From Candidatus Kaiserbacteria bacterium (GTDB lineage: Bacteria; Patescibacteriota; Minisyncoccia; Phycocordibacterales; Phycocordibacteraceae): a stretch of 59,472 nt of DNA. The notes under the pieces were generated by a model, which ran no database searches, had not been told where the DNA came from, and worked only from the letters and a program-made list of their open reading frames with translations. Location of the stretch: the NCBI GenBank assembly GCA_026396675.1, contig JAPLWI010000011.1, positions 1 to 59,472 of the forward strand, read 5' to 3'. Below, in pieces: positions 17,640 through 27,254 of the stretch. A program made the translations under genes and the position numbers. Each line of letters opens with the position of its first letter. Within the stretch, counting starts at the first letter, position 1.

Positions 17640-18806
17640 ATGCTTCTTAAAAAGATACATTCCAATAAATTTTTTTACTTCGGTCTCTTCTTTTTATGCA
17701 TAGTTTTGTCTTGTTTTTTACTCTACAGAACAGAATTTAGTTGGGTTACTCTTGACGATAAAAAGATAGAGAAATTAAGCGCGCAGGCCACAGCAGATGC
17801 ATCAAATTTTTTATTTGAAAAAAACATACGCGAATTTAAAGAACTCAGTTTTCTTTATTCACTTAAAGGAAACACTAATTTGGCGGCGCGAATGATGATG
17901 AAAGTAGGTTTTCAATATGATAAGAACGGCGACTATCTCACTGGATTGCCGATTCTTAAAAAAGTAGCTTTCAATGAAAAAATTTCCCCAGAAGTAAGAT
18001 CGGAGGCGATTGCTCGCATCGTTATGGCTTATTCCGGCAATGAGAAAAAAGAAATAATGCAGGCGATATTCAATGATGATAATCAAATGATGAAGGATGC
18101 GCTTGGCGAAGGGAATATAGAAAATAAACAAGATTTACGAAGAGCAGCTATTCATTTACTGGAAAAAGCCAATAGCATTCATGAATATTCTTATCTCGAT
18201 TATATTCTCGCTGCGCGCAAAAGCTATTTGTTTATAGACGAAATGAAAAATATCAGTAAAAAGGAAATAAACTCAAGGAAAGAAGAAATCCTTTCTCTTA
18301 TACAAAGAGGAGATGAATTGTTGAAAAAGGAAGTAAACATGAATGATTTTATAAAAGGAAGTTTCATTCATGATTTTTTACCTTCAGGCCAGTCGCAAAA
18401 ATTACAAGCATTTGCGGAACTTGCTCAAGTTGACCGCATCTATGAGAAATCAGCAACAAGTGTATACAACGGCTTAAAAACAATAAAAGAAATGTATTAC
18501 AAAAATGACAACAGCCCAAACTACTTAGGCACAGAGTCCTTCATCAGATTTTATTACGCCTCGATGCTTGCGTACTTGCATGGAGCTGATTACAAAAAAG
18601 AAATTGAGGAGATTATTGCTCCAACTATGATTGAGACGGGGAATTGGGGAATTGCCAATCGTACCGTGGCATGGAGATTTTATGAAAATGAGTTAACCAA
18701 GCCCGAAGAAGAAAAAGGGTCAAATTATGAGAGTATAATGAATATAGCTTCTTTACTGCCGGATTTTAATCAATTTCTTATAGAGAAAGGATGGATGAAC
18801 GATTAA
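17640..18806 (+). CDS. Membrane-anchored helical (TPR-like) hypothetical protein, AT-rich
   Basis: 388-aa ORF with an N-terminal TM helix and helical composition. Confidence 0.65.
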   Translation: MLLKKIHSNKFFYFGLFFLCIVLSCFLLYRTEFSWVTLDDKKIEKLSAQATADASNFLFEKNIREFKELSFLYSLKGNTNLAARMMMKVGFQYDKNGDYLTGLPILKKVAFNEKISPEVRSEAIARIVMAYSGNEKKEIMQAIFNDDNQMMKDALGEGNIENKQDLRRAAIHLLEKANSIHEYSYLDYILAARKSYLFIDEMKNISKKEINSRKEEILSLIQRGDELLKKEVNMNDFIKGSFIHDFLPSGQSQKLQAFAELAQVDRIYEKSATSVYNGLKTIKEMYYKNDNSPNYLGTESFIRFYYASMLAYLHGADYKKEIEEIIAPTMIETGNWGIANRTVAWRFYENELTKPEEEKGSNYESIMNIASLLPDFNQFLIEKGWMND

Positions 18807-18825
18807 TTTTTTATATAATATCAAA

Positions 18826-19206
18826 ATGATTACTTATACAGATTCTTTCATAATATGGACAATTTTTACAGTTTCTTCAGAAACTCTAACCCTTATTTTT
18901 TTGTTAAGAGTGTTTTTCCATGTTACGAGAGATAAGATTAGCAATACTCGACTTATATTCGCTGGATTTTTCGCTTCTTTTTCGACCATGCCTTATGTGT
19001 GGTATGTTTTCCCAAATCTTGCTGACTGGACGCGTGGTACTTCTGTCCATTACAGCGAAATATTTGCCGTTTTATTAGAAGCGCTATTTTATAGAATGTA
19101 TCTTAAAACAAGCACCAAAAATTCCTTGATAATCTCTCTCGTTTGTAATTCAATCTCTTTCTCTCTTGGAAGGTTTTTAATAATGAAAGGATTATGGTTC
19201 TACTGA
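18826..19206 (+). CDS. Four-TM membrane protein
   Basis: Four hydrophobic segments. Confidence 0.65.
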   Translation: MITYTDSFIIWTIFTVSSETLTLIFLLRVFFHVTRDKISNTRLIFAGFFASFSTMPYVWYVFPNLADWTRGTSVHYSEIFAVLLEALFYRMYLKTSTKNSLIISLVCNSISFSLGRFLIMKGLWFY

Positions 19207-19274
19207 TGATGAACCATAGCTTGTGTACAGTCGTCTTGACGAAAGTTGCTTGTCTGGGATACGATTAATCAGCA

Positions 19275-20387
19275 ATGGAATCTGGGTTGATTAAAAAATA
19301 TTTGAAGTACATCGGAGGATTGATTGTAGTAATCCTCATTCTCCAAGCGGTTGGATATTTTATATACAAAAATGTAGTACCAGCAGCACTTCCTGAAAAG
19401 AATACTCAAGGACAGGGTGTAGATTTATCTCCAGCTACAGTTGTCTTTACAGGACAGCCGGCACCAGAAAAACCATTTGATTTTAAAGGAACTCTATATT
19501 TATCGTTGAAGAAAATAAATGGTAATTTTGGTTTGGGAATATATACATTTAATATTAACGGCACTGTTGGTTCGAAATTCACTACAATTTTTGCTGACAG
19601 GATAACGAAAGATGGAGATTATAACATAAGCATTTCCCCTTCGGTTTCTTCGGACGGTAAAAAACTGGCTTTTGCAAGAGGGAAAGTGAGTGCCCAATTA
19701 CTTCAGATTTTTACCAGTGATATTTCAGGCACAAATGCTCAACAGATTACTAATACTCCTGACAAATATAAAAGAGAACCGGTTTTCAACCCGTCTGGTA
19801 AGCTAATTGCCTATATATCGCATAAAACAAAATCATCCGCAAATGATCCCGACCCAAATATACCAGAGAGTTGGTCGACATATGTGACCGATCTCAAAGG
19901 AAATGTTGTAAAAATAGCTGCTGGTGTCAATCCTATTTTTTCTCCAGATGGAAAAAAATTGCTCATCCTTCAGAACGATGGACTGCATGCTTTTGATATA
20001 AGAGTATGGACAAATCCGAAGCATTTGGGACTTGTAGTAAAAACAGTTGGTGGAAGGGCTTCTGAACAGATGAAGATATCTGTTTCAACAGACGGAAGAA
20101 TGATGTCTTGGTCGTCTGAGAACACAATGAAGGTTGTCGTTTCGCATATAAATTCATGGGACACATTTTCCATAAGTCCGTTTCTAGTTATAAAAACCAA
20201 AGCGTATTGGTCTGTTTTTTCTCCTGATGGAAAATATTTAGCTGTCGACGAATGGAGAAAGGACAGCATCGATGGTACTGAATATCCGGTTATAATGGGA
20301 TATGACCTGTCCAATGGCAAATCAGTGAAACTACTTACTTTAATCAGCGACGACAAGTCGTATTTATGGTTCGGCGCATGGAAATAA
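19275..20387 (+). CDS. TolB/PD40-like beta-propeller protein, membrane-anchored
   Basis: Repeated P..S(P/S)DGKKLAF, FNPSGKLIAY and FSPDGKYLA motifs. Confidence 0.8.
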   Translation: MESGLIKKYLKYIGGLIVVILILQAVGYFIYKNVVPAALPEKNTQGQGVDLSPATVVFTGQPAPEKPFDFKGTLYLSLKKINGNFGLGIYTFNINGTVGSKFTTIFADRITKDGDYNISISPSVSSDGKKLAFARGKVSAQLLQIFTSDISGTNAQQITNTPDKYKREPVFNPSGKLIAYISHKTKSSANDPDPNIPESWSTYVTDLKGNVVKIAAGVNPIFSPDGKKLLILQNDGLHAFDIRVWTNPKHLGLVVKTVGGRASEQMKISVSTDGRMMSWSSENTMKVVVSHINSWDTFSISPFLVIKTKAYWSVFSPDGKYLAVDEWRKDSIDGTEYPVIMGYDLSNGKSVKLLTLISDDKSYLWFGAWK

Positions 20388-22102
20388 AAAATAAAAAAAA
20401 GAATATAGTTCTAATTCTTGGAGTGTTTATACTGATGTCGGTCATTTTTGTGCGTCTATCGGGCGCTTTCCCGAATCCCTTTTCAGGGAAGATTTTTATT
20501 TCGATTTCAAACGCACTTTTGACACTGAATCAAACAGCTCACGCCGATGGTGATGGCGGCGATGGCGGCGATGGAGGTGGAGGTGGAGGTGGAGGAGACG
20601 GGGGAGGTTGTGGTTCCGGCGGTTGTGGTGGCGATGGTGGTGCTGGCGATGGTGGCGGTGCTGGCGATGGTGGCGGCAGTGGCGATAGTTGGAGCGGCAG
20701 TGACTGCGTTCAGAGTTATGGTTGGGGATGTTACTCAGCCACTAACTCCTGCGGGGAATCTTCAATGGGCAATATAAATTGTTATGGTATTTGTAATGCT
20801 TCGACGCCAGCGAATCCTAGCGGGTACGGCAGTGCTTGTACTTCAGCCGCTAACTCCTGCGGCCAAACCAATTCTGGAAGTATCCAATGCAACGGTTCTT
20901 GTTCCGCTTCAGTTCCATCCAATGCAACATGTCTTCCGACAACTCCAACACTCTCCGCTCTATATCAAGTAGGAATTTACATCGGTACCACTGGCTCGGC
21001 ATACTATCCAAACGGCTATACTTTGTATGCAAACGCCTCTAGCCCATCCGGCTCAAACCTAGCATATTACTTCGAATGGTCTGGCGATTCCGCAGCGGCC
21101 CAATGGTCTGCTTGGGTTGGGTCAGGCGGTTGGGGAAGTGTTGATGGTCATTATGCTGACTACAACGCTGGTACATACTATGCCCGCGCATGGGCGTATG
21201 ACGGCTACGGTAATTGGTCTGTCTCACCATCCGCATGGTTACCCATCACACTTACTAATCCAGCTCTTTCGGTTTCATGTTCTGGTACTCCAGGCAATCC
21301 ATATATTAATCAGCCAGTCGTATGGAATTCTTCGGTATCTGGCGGATCGCGTTTATACAGTTATTCATGGAGCGGCAGTGAAGGTCTTTCAGGTACAAAC
21401 TCATCAGTTGAGAAATCTTATACAACAACCGGAGTGAAGCAAGCATCACTCTCTATAACCGACACACGCTCTGGCTATACATCCTCTGCTACATGTACCA
21501 CAGGAGCGAATCAGCTGAACGGTCCGACGAATAGCCAAGTAGGAGGCACAGGCGTAGGCGTCGGGTCATGCACTTCTTCGCTTTCAGCGAATTCGTATAC
21601 GGTTGAGCAGGGCGAGAATACTTCAATTACATGGAGCGTACCGGGCGGAGCGTACTGCGCTTCTTCATGCTCCGGGAGCGGCTTCAATACGGGTGGAGCC
21701 ATTTCTGGCGGTCCAGTAAATGCAGCCGTTCTTCCGGTCCCTCCAACTACCTCATACGCGCTTACCTGCACCGGCGGAACCTACGGCCAGCCGCCTCCCG
21801 CGAATACTACCGTTACCGTCCTTGTCCCGACTGTTAATCTGACAGTGAATAACCAGACGGGAACGACTCGCGTGAACCAAAATACTGCGAATAATGTTAC
21901 AGTGGCCTGGACATCTACGAACTCGTCTTCATGTACAGTCACCAAGAATAATTCTCCATGGAATACAGGTCTTAATTCACCTGGCATTACTGATTCTGTT
22001 ACATCTCAGACGGTCTATAAAATTGATTGTTTAAATAACCACGGCACGCACGCGACCGCTTCCGTCACCGTGAATGTTCTAGCAAGCTTCCAAGAGTTTT
22101 AA
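20378..22102 (+). CDS. Secreted Gly/Cys-rich protein with PKD/Ig-like modules
   Basis: TM/signal, (GDGG)n tract and two S..NSCG...G.I.C.G.C.AS.P repeats. PKD-like YSYSWSG...Y.T.G segment; ends in FQEF. Confidence 0.75.
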   Translation: MEIKNKKKNIVLILGVFILMSVIFVRLSGAFPNPFSGKIFISISNALLTLNQTAHADGDGGDGGDGGGGGGGGDGGGCGSGGCGGDGGAGDGGGAGDGGGSGDSWSGSDCVQSYGWGCYSATNSCGESSMGNINCYGICNASTPANPSGYGSACTSAANSCGQTNSGSIQCNGSCSASVPSNATCLPTTPTLSALYQVGIYIGTTGSAYYPNGYTLYANASSPSGSNLAYYFEWSGDSAAAQWSAWVGSGGWGSVDGHYADYNAGTYYARAWAYDGYGNWSVSPSAWLPITLTNPALSVSCSGTPGNPYINQPVVWNSSVSGGSRLYSYSWSGSEGLSGTNSSVEKSYTTTGVKQASLSITDTRSGYTSSATCTTGANQLNGPTNSQVGGTGVGVGSCTSSLSANSYTVEQGENTSITWSVPGGAYCASSCSGSGFNTGGAISGGPVNAAVLPVPPTTSYALTCTGGTYGQPPPANTTVTVLVPTVNLTVNNQTGTTRVNQNTANNVTVAWTSTNSSSCTVTKNNSPWNTGLNSPGITDSVTSQTVYKIDCLNNHGTHATASVTVNVLASFQEF

Positions 22103-22332
22103 TCTTTAAATTTATGATTAATCATCCAACCGCTTTGCCACCGACGAAAGCACCAAACAAACCTCTTCCCGCCACAAATCTTCCTGACGGATCGTTGAAA
22201 GTTTCATCCACTTCTCTTGTTTCTACAGTAGCATCGAAAGCAACTTCGACAGAACAATCCGCCAGTGCGTCTTATACCAATTTTATTGGAAATGGAACAA
22301 CACTTTATATACTTGTAAGCACAGGACTTGTC

Positions 22333-22581
22333 ATGAAAAAGGACATCCACCCGGAAGGGTATCGACCCGTTGTGTTTGAAGATCTCGCTTCTGGCGCGAA
22401 GTTTTTGATTGGTTCTACCATTGCATCGTCAGAAACGACTACTTTTGAAGGGAAAAAGTATCCGAAAGCAGTCGTAGAAATCTCCAGCAAGTCGCACCCG
22501 TTTTATACGGGCGAAGACCGTATGCTTGATAAGGCCGGTCGAGTCGAGCGCTTCAAGCAGCGCGCCGCGAAAAAGAAATAA
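22333..22581 (+). CDS. rpmE: 50S ribosomal protein L31 type B (zinc-free)
   Basis: MKKDIHP...[15 protein letters not shown] and GRVERF; no Cys. Confidence 0.93.
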   Translation: MKKDIHPEGYRPVVFEDLASGAKFLIGSTIASSETTTFEGKKYPKAVVEISSKSHPFYTGEDRMLDKAGRVERFKQRAAKKK

Positions 22582-22695
22582 GCAAGAAATCCGAAATCCG
22601 AAACAAGCACCAAAATTTTAAATTCAAAATGAATTCAGTTTTTGATTTTTAATTTCCAATTTGTTTCGGATTTCGTGCTTAGGAATTTCGTGCTT
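22581..22695. repeat. AT-rich inverted-repeat element built from GAAATCC/AAGCAC short repeats
   Basis: GAAATCCGAAACAA (22593-22606) pairs with TTGTTTCGGATTTC (22661-22674); TTTCGTGCTT occurs twice in tandem. Confidence 0.6.
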
Positions 22696-22705
22696 TAATA
22701 AAGAT

Positions 22706-23494
22706 ATGGACTACGCAGAGTATTTAAAAAATGGAGCGAAAGGCAAGACCGAAGACAGTTTGGACGGAAAACCAATTTCGATTGTGGTGGAGCTGCGCGC
22801 GGGCGCTGGTGGCTCTGAAGCGGCCATTTTCGCTCGCGATTTAAAGGAGATGTATCAGAAATATGCCGAGCATCGCGGATGGAGAACGCATATTATTGAT
22901 GATCTAACACTCGAAATTTCCGGTCCAGACGCCTATGACGCTTTGCGTTATGAAACCGGCGTGCATCGGGTCCAACGCGTCCCGCTCACTGAGAAGACCG
23001 GCCGTGTTCATACTTCGACTGCATCGGTCGCTGTGTTGCCGATTCGTGCAAAGTCAAAGATTGAAATAAATCCTGGCGATATTCAAATGGAATTCTCTCG
23101 AAGCGGCGGAGCGGGAGGACAGAATGTGAATAAAGTTGAAACGGCAGTACGACTCGTGCACATTCCAACCGGTATTGATGTGCGATCGTCCTCCGAGCGC
23201 AGTCAGCAGGCGAATCGCGAGAAGGCAATGCAGATTCTCTCCGCTAAACTTGAGCAACTGCACGAGGAAAAAGAGGCGCGAGAACACGCAGCCGAGCGCA
23301 AGGCGCAAATAGGCACCGGCGATCGTTCCGAGAAAATCCGCACATATAACTATCTCCAAGATCGTGTGACCGATCATCGACTACAGAAGTCCTGGCACAA
23401 TCTGCCGAAGATTATGACGGGCGGCATCGACGATATTGTCGAGGAGCTCCTCGCTCGACAGCGCGATGAAGCATCGCTTGCATCTATCTCGTGA
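22706..23494 (+). CDS. prfA: Peptide chain release factor 1, N-terminally shortened
   Basis: [22 protein letters not shown] (PxT) and SGGAGGQ.VN (GGQ) motifs; lies downstream of rpmE. Confidence 0.9.
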   Translation: MDYAEYLKNGAKGKTEDSLDGKPISIVVELRAGAGGSEAAIFARDLKEMYQKYAEHRGWRTHIIDDLTLEISGPDAYDALRYETGVHRVQRVPLTEKTGRVHTSTASVAVLPIRAKSKIEINPGDIQMEFSRSGGAGGQNVNKVETAVRLVHIPTGIDVRSSSERSQQANREKAMQILSAKLEQLHEEKEAREHAAERKAQIGTGDRSEKIRTYNYLQDRVTDHRLQKSWHNLPKIMTGGIDDIVEELLARQRDEASLASIS

Positions 23495-23515
23495 TTCAAG
23501 TACAGTAGTCCCATA

Positions 23516-24214
23516 ATGACGGCAGGAAGTGACAAGGTAGAATTGAAGCGCCTCTTCGACACAGGGGCGCATTTCGCGCAGGTAAAAAGCCGTCGTCATC
23601 CTTCGATGAAGCCGTACTTGGTGGGAACGAAAGGGCGACAAGAGATTATTGACCTAGTGCAAACAACCGAACAGCTTGAGGCCGCGAAAGCCGTCATGGA
23701 AGCGTTTGCGAAGGAAGGGAAGACAATATTATTCGTTGGAGGGAAAGTAGAAATTGCCGCAGTCGTGAAAAAAGCGGCAGAGGAAATCGCCGCTCCATTT
23801 GTCGCGGCACGCTGGCTAGGCGGTACGATATCTAACTGGAGTGAAATAAAAAAGCGCGTTGAACGCCTTGCTGAACTTTCTGAAAATGCGGCGACGGGAG
23901 CGAGCGCCAAACAGCATACCAAACTTGAGCTAGTGCATATCGACCGCGAGAAGAAGCGACTCGAAGAACGGCTAGACGGCATCACGACTTTAACGAAACA
24001 TCCGGACGCTCTTCTTGTTGTCGACACCAAGCACGAAAAGCATGCGGTAAAAGAGGCGAATGATGCGGGTATTCCCGTTATCGCGATTATGAATTCCGAT
24101 TGCGACTTGCGTAACGCGGCATATCCAATCGTCGCAAATGACGCATCCCGCGAGACGGTTCGATTTATCCTCGCCGAGCTCACAAGTGCATTTAAAAAAG
24201 GACAAACAGCATAA
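23516..24214 (+). CDS. rpsB: 30S ribosomal protein S2
   Basis: GAHF, HPSMKPY, RWLGG.ISN and PIVAND motifs. Confidence 0.95.
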   Translation: MTAGSDKVELKRLFDTGAHFAQVKSRRHPSMKPYLVGTKGRQEIIDLVQTTEQLEAAKAVMEAFAKEGKTILFVGGKVEIAAVVKKAAEEIAAPFVAARWLGGTISNWSEIKKRVERLAELSENAATGASAKQHTKLELVHIDREKKRLEERLDGITTLTKHPDALLVVDTKHEKHAVKEANDAGIPVIAIMNSDCDLRNAAYPIVANDASRETVRFILAELTSAFKKGQTA

Positions 24215-24223
24215 TGTATTGAG

Positions 24224-24266
24224 GGACTTCGTAAATCCATCATCTGATGATGGATTTACGAAGTCC
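24224..24266. repeat. Perfect 21-bp inverted repeat between rpsB and tsf
   Basis: GGACTTCGTAAATCCATCATC-T-GATGATGGATTTACGAAGTCC. Confidence 0.85.
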
Positions 24267-24299
24267 AAACATGCATTGTATGCTATTATCTAAATTACT

Positions 24300-24761
24300 A
24301 TGGAAATCACGACTGAAATCATTAAGGAACTGCGAGAAATGACCGGTGTGTCAGTTATGCAGTGTAAAAAAGCGCTTGAAGAAGCGGGCGGGAATCTCGC
24401 TCAGGCCGATTCAGAATCTGATTTTGTCGCAAGGAATCCGGAATTTTGCGCGCTTGCACGCGAGATTGCAATGCAGGTCGCAGCGACCGATCCAAAATAT
24501 ATTACTGTTACGGAGATTCCGAGCGAAGCGAGGAATGCTGCGATTGCGGTATTCGAGAAAGAAGTCGTAGGTAAACCGAAAGATATACAGTCGAAAATTA
24601 TGGAAGGAAAACTATCAAGTTACTTCCAAGACCAAGTGCTTTTGGATCAGCCATTCATCAAAGACGAGACCAAAACGGTGCGTGACTTACTCAATGAAGC
24701 GACACAGAAATTTGGCGAACGCATTGAAGTGAGTCGTTTCGTTCGTATATCGGTTCGTTAA
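24300..24761 (+). CDS. tsf: Elongation factor Ts, internally shortened
   Basis: IKELRE.TG..VMQCKKAL, ESDFVARN and LLDQPFIKD motifs; lies downstream of rpsB. Confidence 0.88.
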   Translation: MEITTEIIKELREMTGVSVMQCKKALEEAGGNLAQADSESDFVARNPEFCALAREIAMQVAATDPKYITVTEIPSEARNAAIAVFEKEVVGKPKDIQSKIMEGKLSSYFQDQVLLDQPFIKDETKTVRDLLNEATQKFGERIEVSRFVRISVR

Positions 24762-24766
24762 TCTTC

Positions 24767-25177
24767 ATGGCGTATCTAATTTTCATTCTTGTCTCACTCG
24801 CACTTCTGATTGGTTTCTTCATTCTTTCCGATCATGAAGGACGACACGGCACTCGTTTTTTCGCACGGGAACGTGTTCGTCTCGATGAACAGGTAGAACG
24901 AGCCGAATTCATTTTGACGAATGTTAATCTCGGGTCATTTCTTCGCGGAGAAATTCGCAGTGTAATACAGCGTATTACACACGATGTCGCACACCTTTCG
25001 CTTCAGGCAGTTCGTACCGTAGAACGATTGCTCACGCGCATAGTCCGATATCTTCGTACTCAGCGCGCGATTGACACTGTCCCGCGCGAAAATGCACGGG
25101 AGTTTGTCAAAACACTTTCCGATTTCAAAGATCAGTTGAAGGAGTCACCGCCCGAGATTCCTGATATATTGAATTAG
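24767..25177 (+). CDS. Single-TM hypothetical protein
   Basis: N-terminal TM helix; 136-aa ORF coupled to tsf. Confidence 0.65.
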   Translation: MAYLIFILVSLALLIGFFILSDHEGRHGTRFFARERVRLDEQVERAEFILTNVNLGSFLRGEIRSVIQRITHDVAHLSLQAVRTVERLLTRIVRYLRTQRAIDTVPRENAREFVKTLSDFKDQLKESPPEIPDILN

Positions 25178-25194
25178 AGAAGTAGGAAATAATT

Positions 25195-25267
25195 GCCGCC
25201 TTAGCTCAGTTGGTAGAGCAACGCTTTTGTAAAGCGAAGGTCCCCCGTCCGAATCGGGGAGGCGGCT
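25195..25267 (+). tRNA. tRNA-Thr(TGT), CCA not encoded
   Basis: Acceptor stem GCCGCCT/AGGCGGC, D-arm GCTCAGTTGGTAGAGC, anticodon loop TT-TGT-AA, T-arm CCCCG-TCCGAAT-CGGGG. Confidence 0.92.
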
Positions 25268-25941
25268 CAAGGTTTCGTATTAGTCGCGGTTGTCGAGGCG
25301 AATGTGCCTTTTGGAAATTGTTTTTGGAAATCAGCAAGGGAGGTAAAGCCGTAAGAATGTTTACCATTAACGATAAAGGCCGGCAGTGGACCATTAACTT
25401 TCGTGATCGCAATTAGAGTTTTTAATGCACCAAGATTAAGATTGTAATCAAAGGAATACACGCGTAGAGCCGGATAGGTCGTGCGCAAATAAGAAAGCGC
25501 GTAGCCGGCCTTGTCGCAGTCACTGCAGTCGCCAGCATTACTGTAGAAATACAACGCTATAACCGGTTTTGTATGACAAGCGGCGGCAAGTTCTTTAGTG
25601 ATGAGATAATCGCGGATCTCGAGAAGCGAATATTGTTTTTTTAGTTGGACGACTTGCGAATCATTTGTACCAAGTTGGCTTTCGGCATACGAAAGACGTT
25701 CACCCAAATCTGCGAGTTCACCGGTGAGCGTTGTTGAGGAAGCGACGCTATCACAAGGCGCCGCTTCAAGCAATGAGAATTGCGTGTCGAGTGAAAGTGT
25801 ATCGACATAAATCTGATTCTCTATGGTTGATAATTCGGCGATACGCGCATCATTGAGATAATTGATCGTGTAGATAACAGTGCCAGTAATGGCTCCTGCG
25901 ACTAGGAGCGCGATAAGAGAATTGCGGACGAAAATCGACAT
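25267..25941 (-). CDS. Membrane-anchored protein with a thioredoxin-like CxxC domain
   Basis: N-terminal TM helix; YFYS...CSDC and LPAFIVNG segments. Confidence 0.7.
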   Translation of the reverse strand: MSIFVRNSLIALLVAGAITGTVIYTINYLNDARIAELSTIENQIYVDTLSLDTQFSLLEAAPCDSVASSTTLTGELADLGERLSYAESQLGTNDSQVVQLKKQYSLLEIRDYLITKELAAACHTKPVIALYFYSNAGDCSDCDKAGYALSYLRTTYPALRVYSFDYNLNLGALKTLIAITKVNGPLPAFIVNGKHSYGFTSLADFQKQFPKGTFASTTATNTKP

Positions 25942-25972
25942 AGTACTTGGTTATTATATTTATATTATTTCT

Positions 25973-27220
25973 TTAACGCCACGTCGTGCGTACGCCGAGT
26001 GTCACATCAGAAACTGAACGCATTAACCATAATGGCGCGATGATTCCATAAAGGAGAAGATACAGTACCATACTAAACATAAGTTTCCCAGGCGTTCTTG
26101 ACATGCGCTTGCCCACAATCATCCAACCGAATGTACCAGCGACAATCATTACTCCAAGAAGCGTGAGGACCGTTATAGGTAGATAGAACCATGTAAACGA
26201 TGAATGCCACGAGAGCATATACGAAAGCGGTGCAGCTTGTGTCATAGAGAATGCGTGTATGACATGTCGTATGACCTGAAAAATGCTCAGTAAGAAAAGA
26301 AAAATGCCGCTCACAATCGCTATGATACCGAGCGGCAAGACCAATATTCCAAGAACTGCATTTTTTTTGACGCCGAGTAAATCACGATAATCAAAGAACA
26401 TATTGCGCATGAATCCAGTTGTCCAGCGAACGCGCTGTTTGATGAGTTTGGCGAAGGTTGGAGGACCTTTTGTATATACTCGTGCGCGGATTGCATTACC
26501 GATGTGAAGTCCGGCGCGTTGCATACGCATTGCCATCTCCATATCTTCCGCGAGATACGCATGCTTGAAAAGTCCTATATTTGCGAAAATGAATCGCCGA
26601 TAGAATGAAAAAGGTCCTGGCGTAACATAAAGGCCGTTAATCGACGCAAAAACGTGTCGGAGCGTTATCGCTAGCGAGTATTCCGCATATTGCATGCGTT
26701 GAAGAATCGTACGCGGTTTGTGAATCGACATTGACGCAGTAACTGCGGAAATATGTTTATCATTGAAAGCCGCAACGATCTCGCGCAAGGCATCGGGAGC
26801 AACAAAAGAGTCAGCGTCAAGGAATCCAATAATCTCAGCATCTTTCGCGTATTCTATCCCAAGATTCATAGCAGTGAATTTCCCACCATTCTCCTTATGT
26901 AGTGCGGTGATCTGCGAATGATGAGAAAATCGGTCGATGACTAACGACGTGCCATCAGTTGAACCGTCGTCCACGAGAATAATTGAGAGTTTCTTTTTCG
27001 GATACTCAAGCTCGAGTAATGACTCCACTGTTCCGGCGATCGTGGTCTCTTCGTTCCAACAGGGAACGACAATGGCGACACGCGGAACTTCCATGGCGAA
27101 TGGCTTGATCATCTTTCCTCGGGACGCACGTGCCGGTCCCGAAAGGAAGGTCACTAGTAAAAATGACTCAAAATAGAGCGCGATGAAAAGAAATGGGTAG
27201 GTAAGTACCTGTAGATTCAT
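25973..27220 (-). CDS. Glycosyltransferase family 2 (processive, membrane-bound)
   Basis: VPCWNEE, DDGSTD, DADS, AED and QRVRW (QxxRW) motifs. Confidence 0.92.
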   Translation of the reverse strand: MNLQVLTYPFLFIALYFESFLLVTFLSGPARASRGKMIKPFAMEVPRVAIVVPCWNEETTIAGTVESLLELEYPKKKLSIILVDDGSTDGTSLVIDRFSHHSQITALHKENGGKFTAMNLGIEYAKDAEIIGFLDADSFVAPDALREIVAAFNDKHISAVTASMSIHKPRTILQRMQYAEYSLAITLRHVFASINGLYVTPGPFSFYRRFIFANIGLFKHAYLAEDMEMAMRMQRAGLHIGNAIRARVYTKGPPTFAKLIKQRVRWTTGFMRNMFFDYRDLLGVKKNAVLGILVLPLGIIAIVSGIFLFLLSIFQVIRHVIHAFSMTQAAPLSYMLSWHSSFTWFYLPITVLTLLGVMIVAGTFGWMIVGKRMSRTPGKLMFSMVLYLLLYGIIAPLWLMRSVSDVTLGVRTTWR

Positions 27221-27254
27221 ATAATAATGGCACAACTATAGCATAAAATGTCCT

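Noticed and set aside
14145..22102. Prophage
   Set aside because: Fibre-like proteins have signal peptides, and there is no integrase, terminase, capsid or portal gene.
22114..22332. N-terminal 73-aa extension of L31
   Set aside because: The canonical MKKDIHP start at 22333 has its own upstream TATACT; the upstream frame is low-complexity and probably not part of L31.
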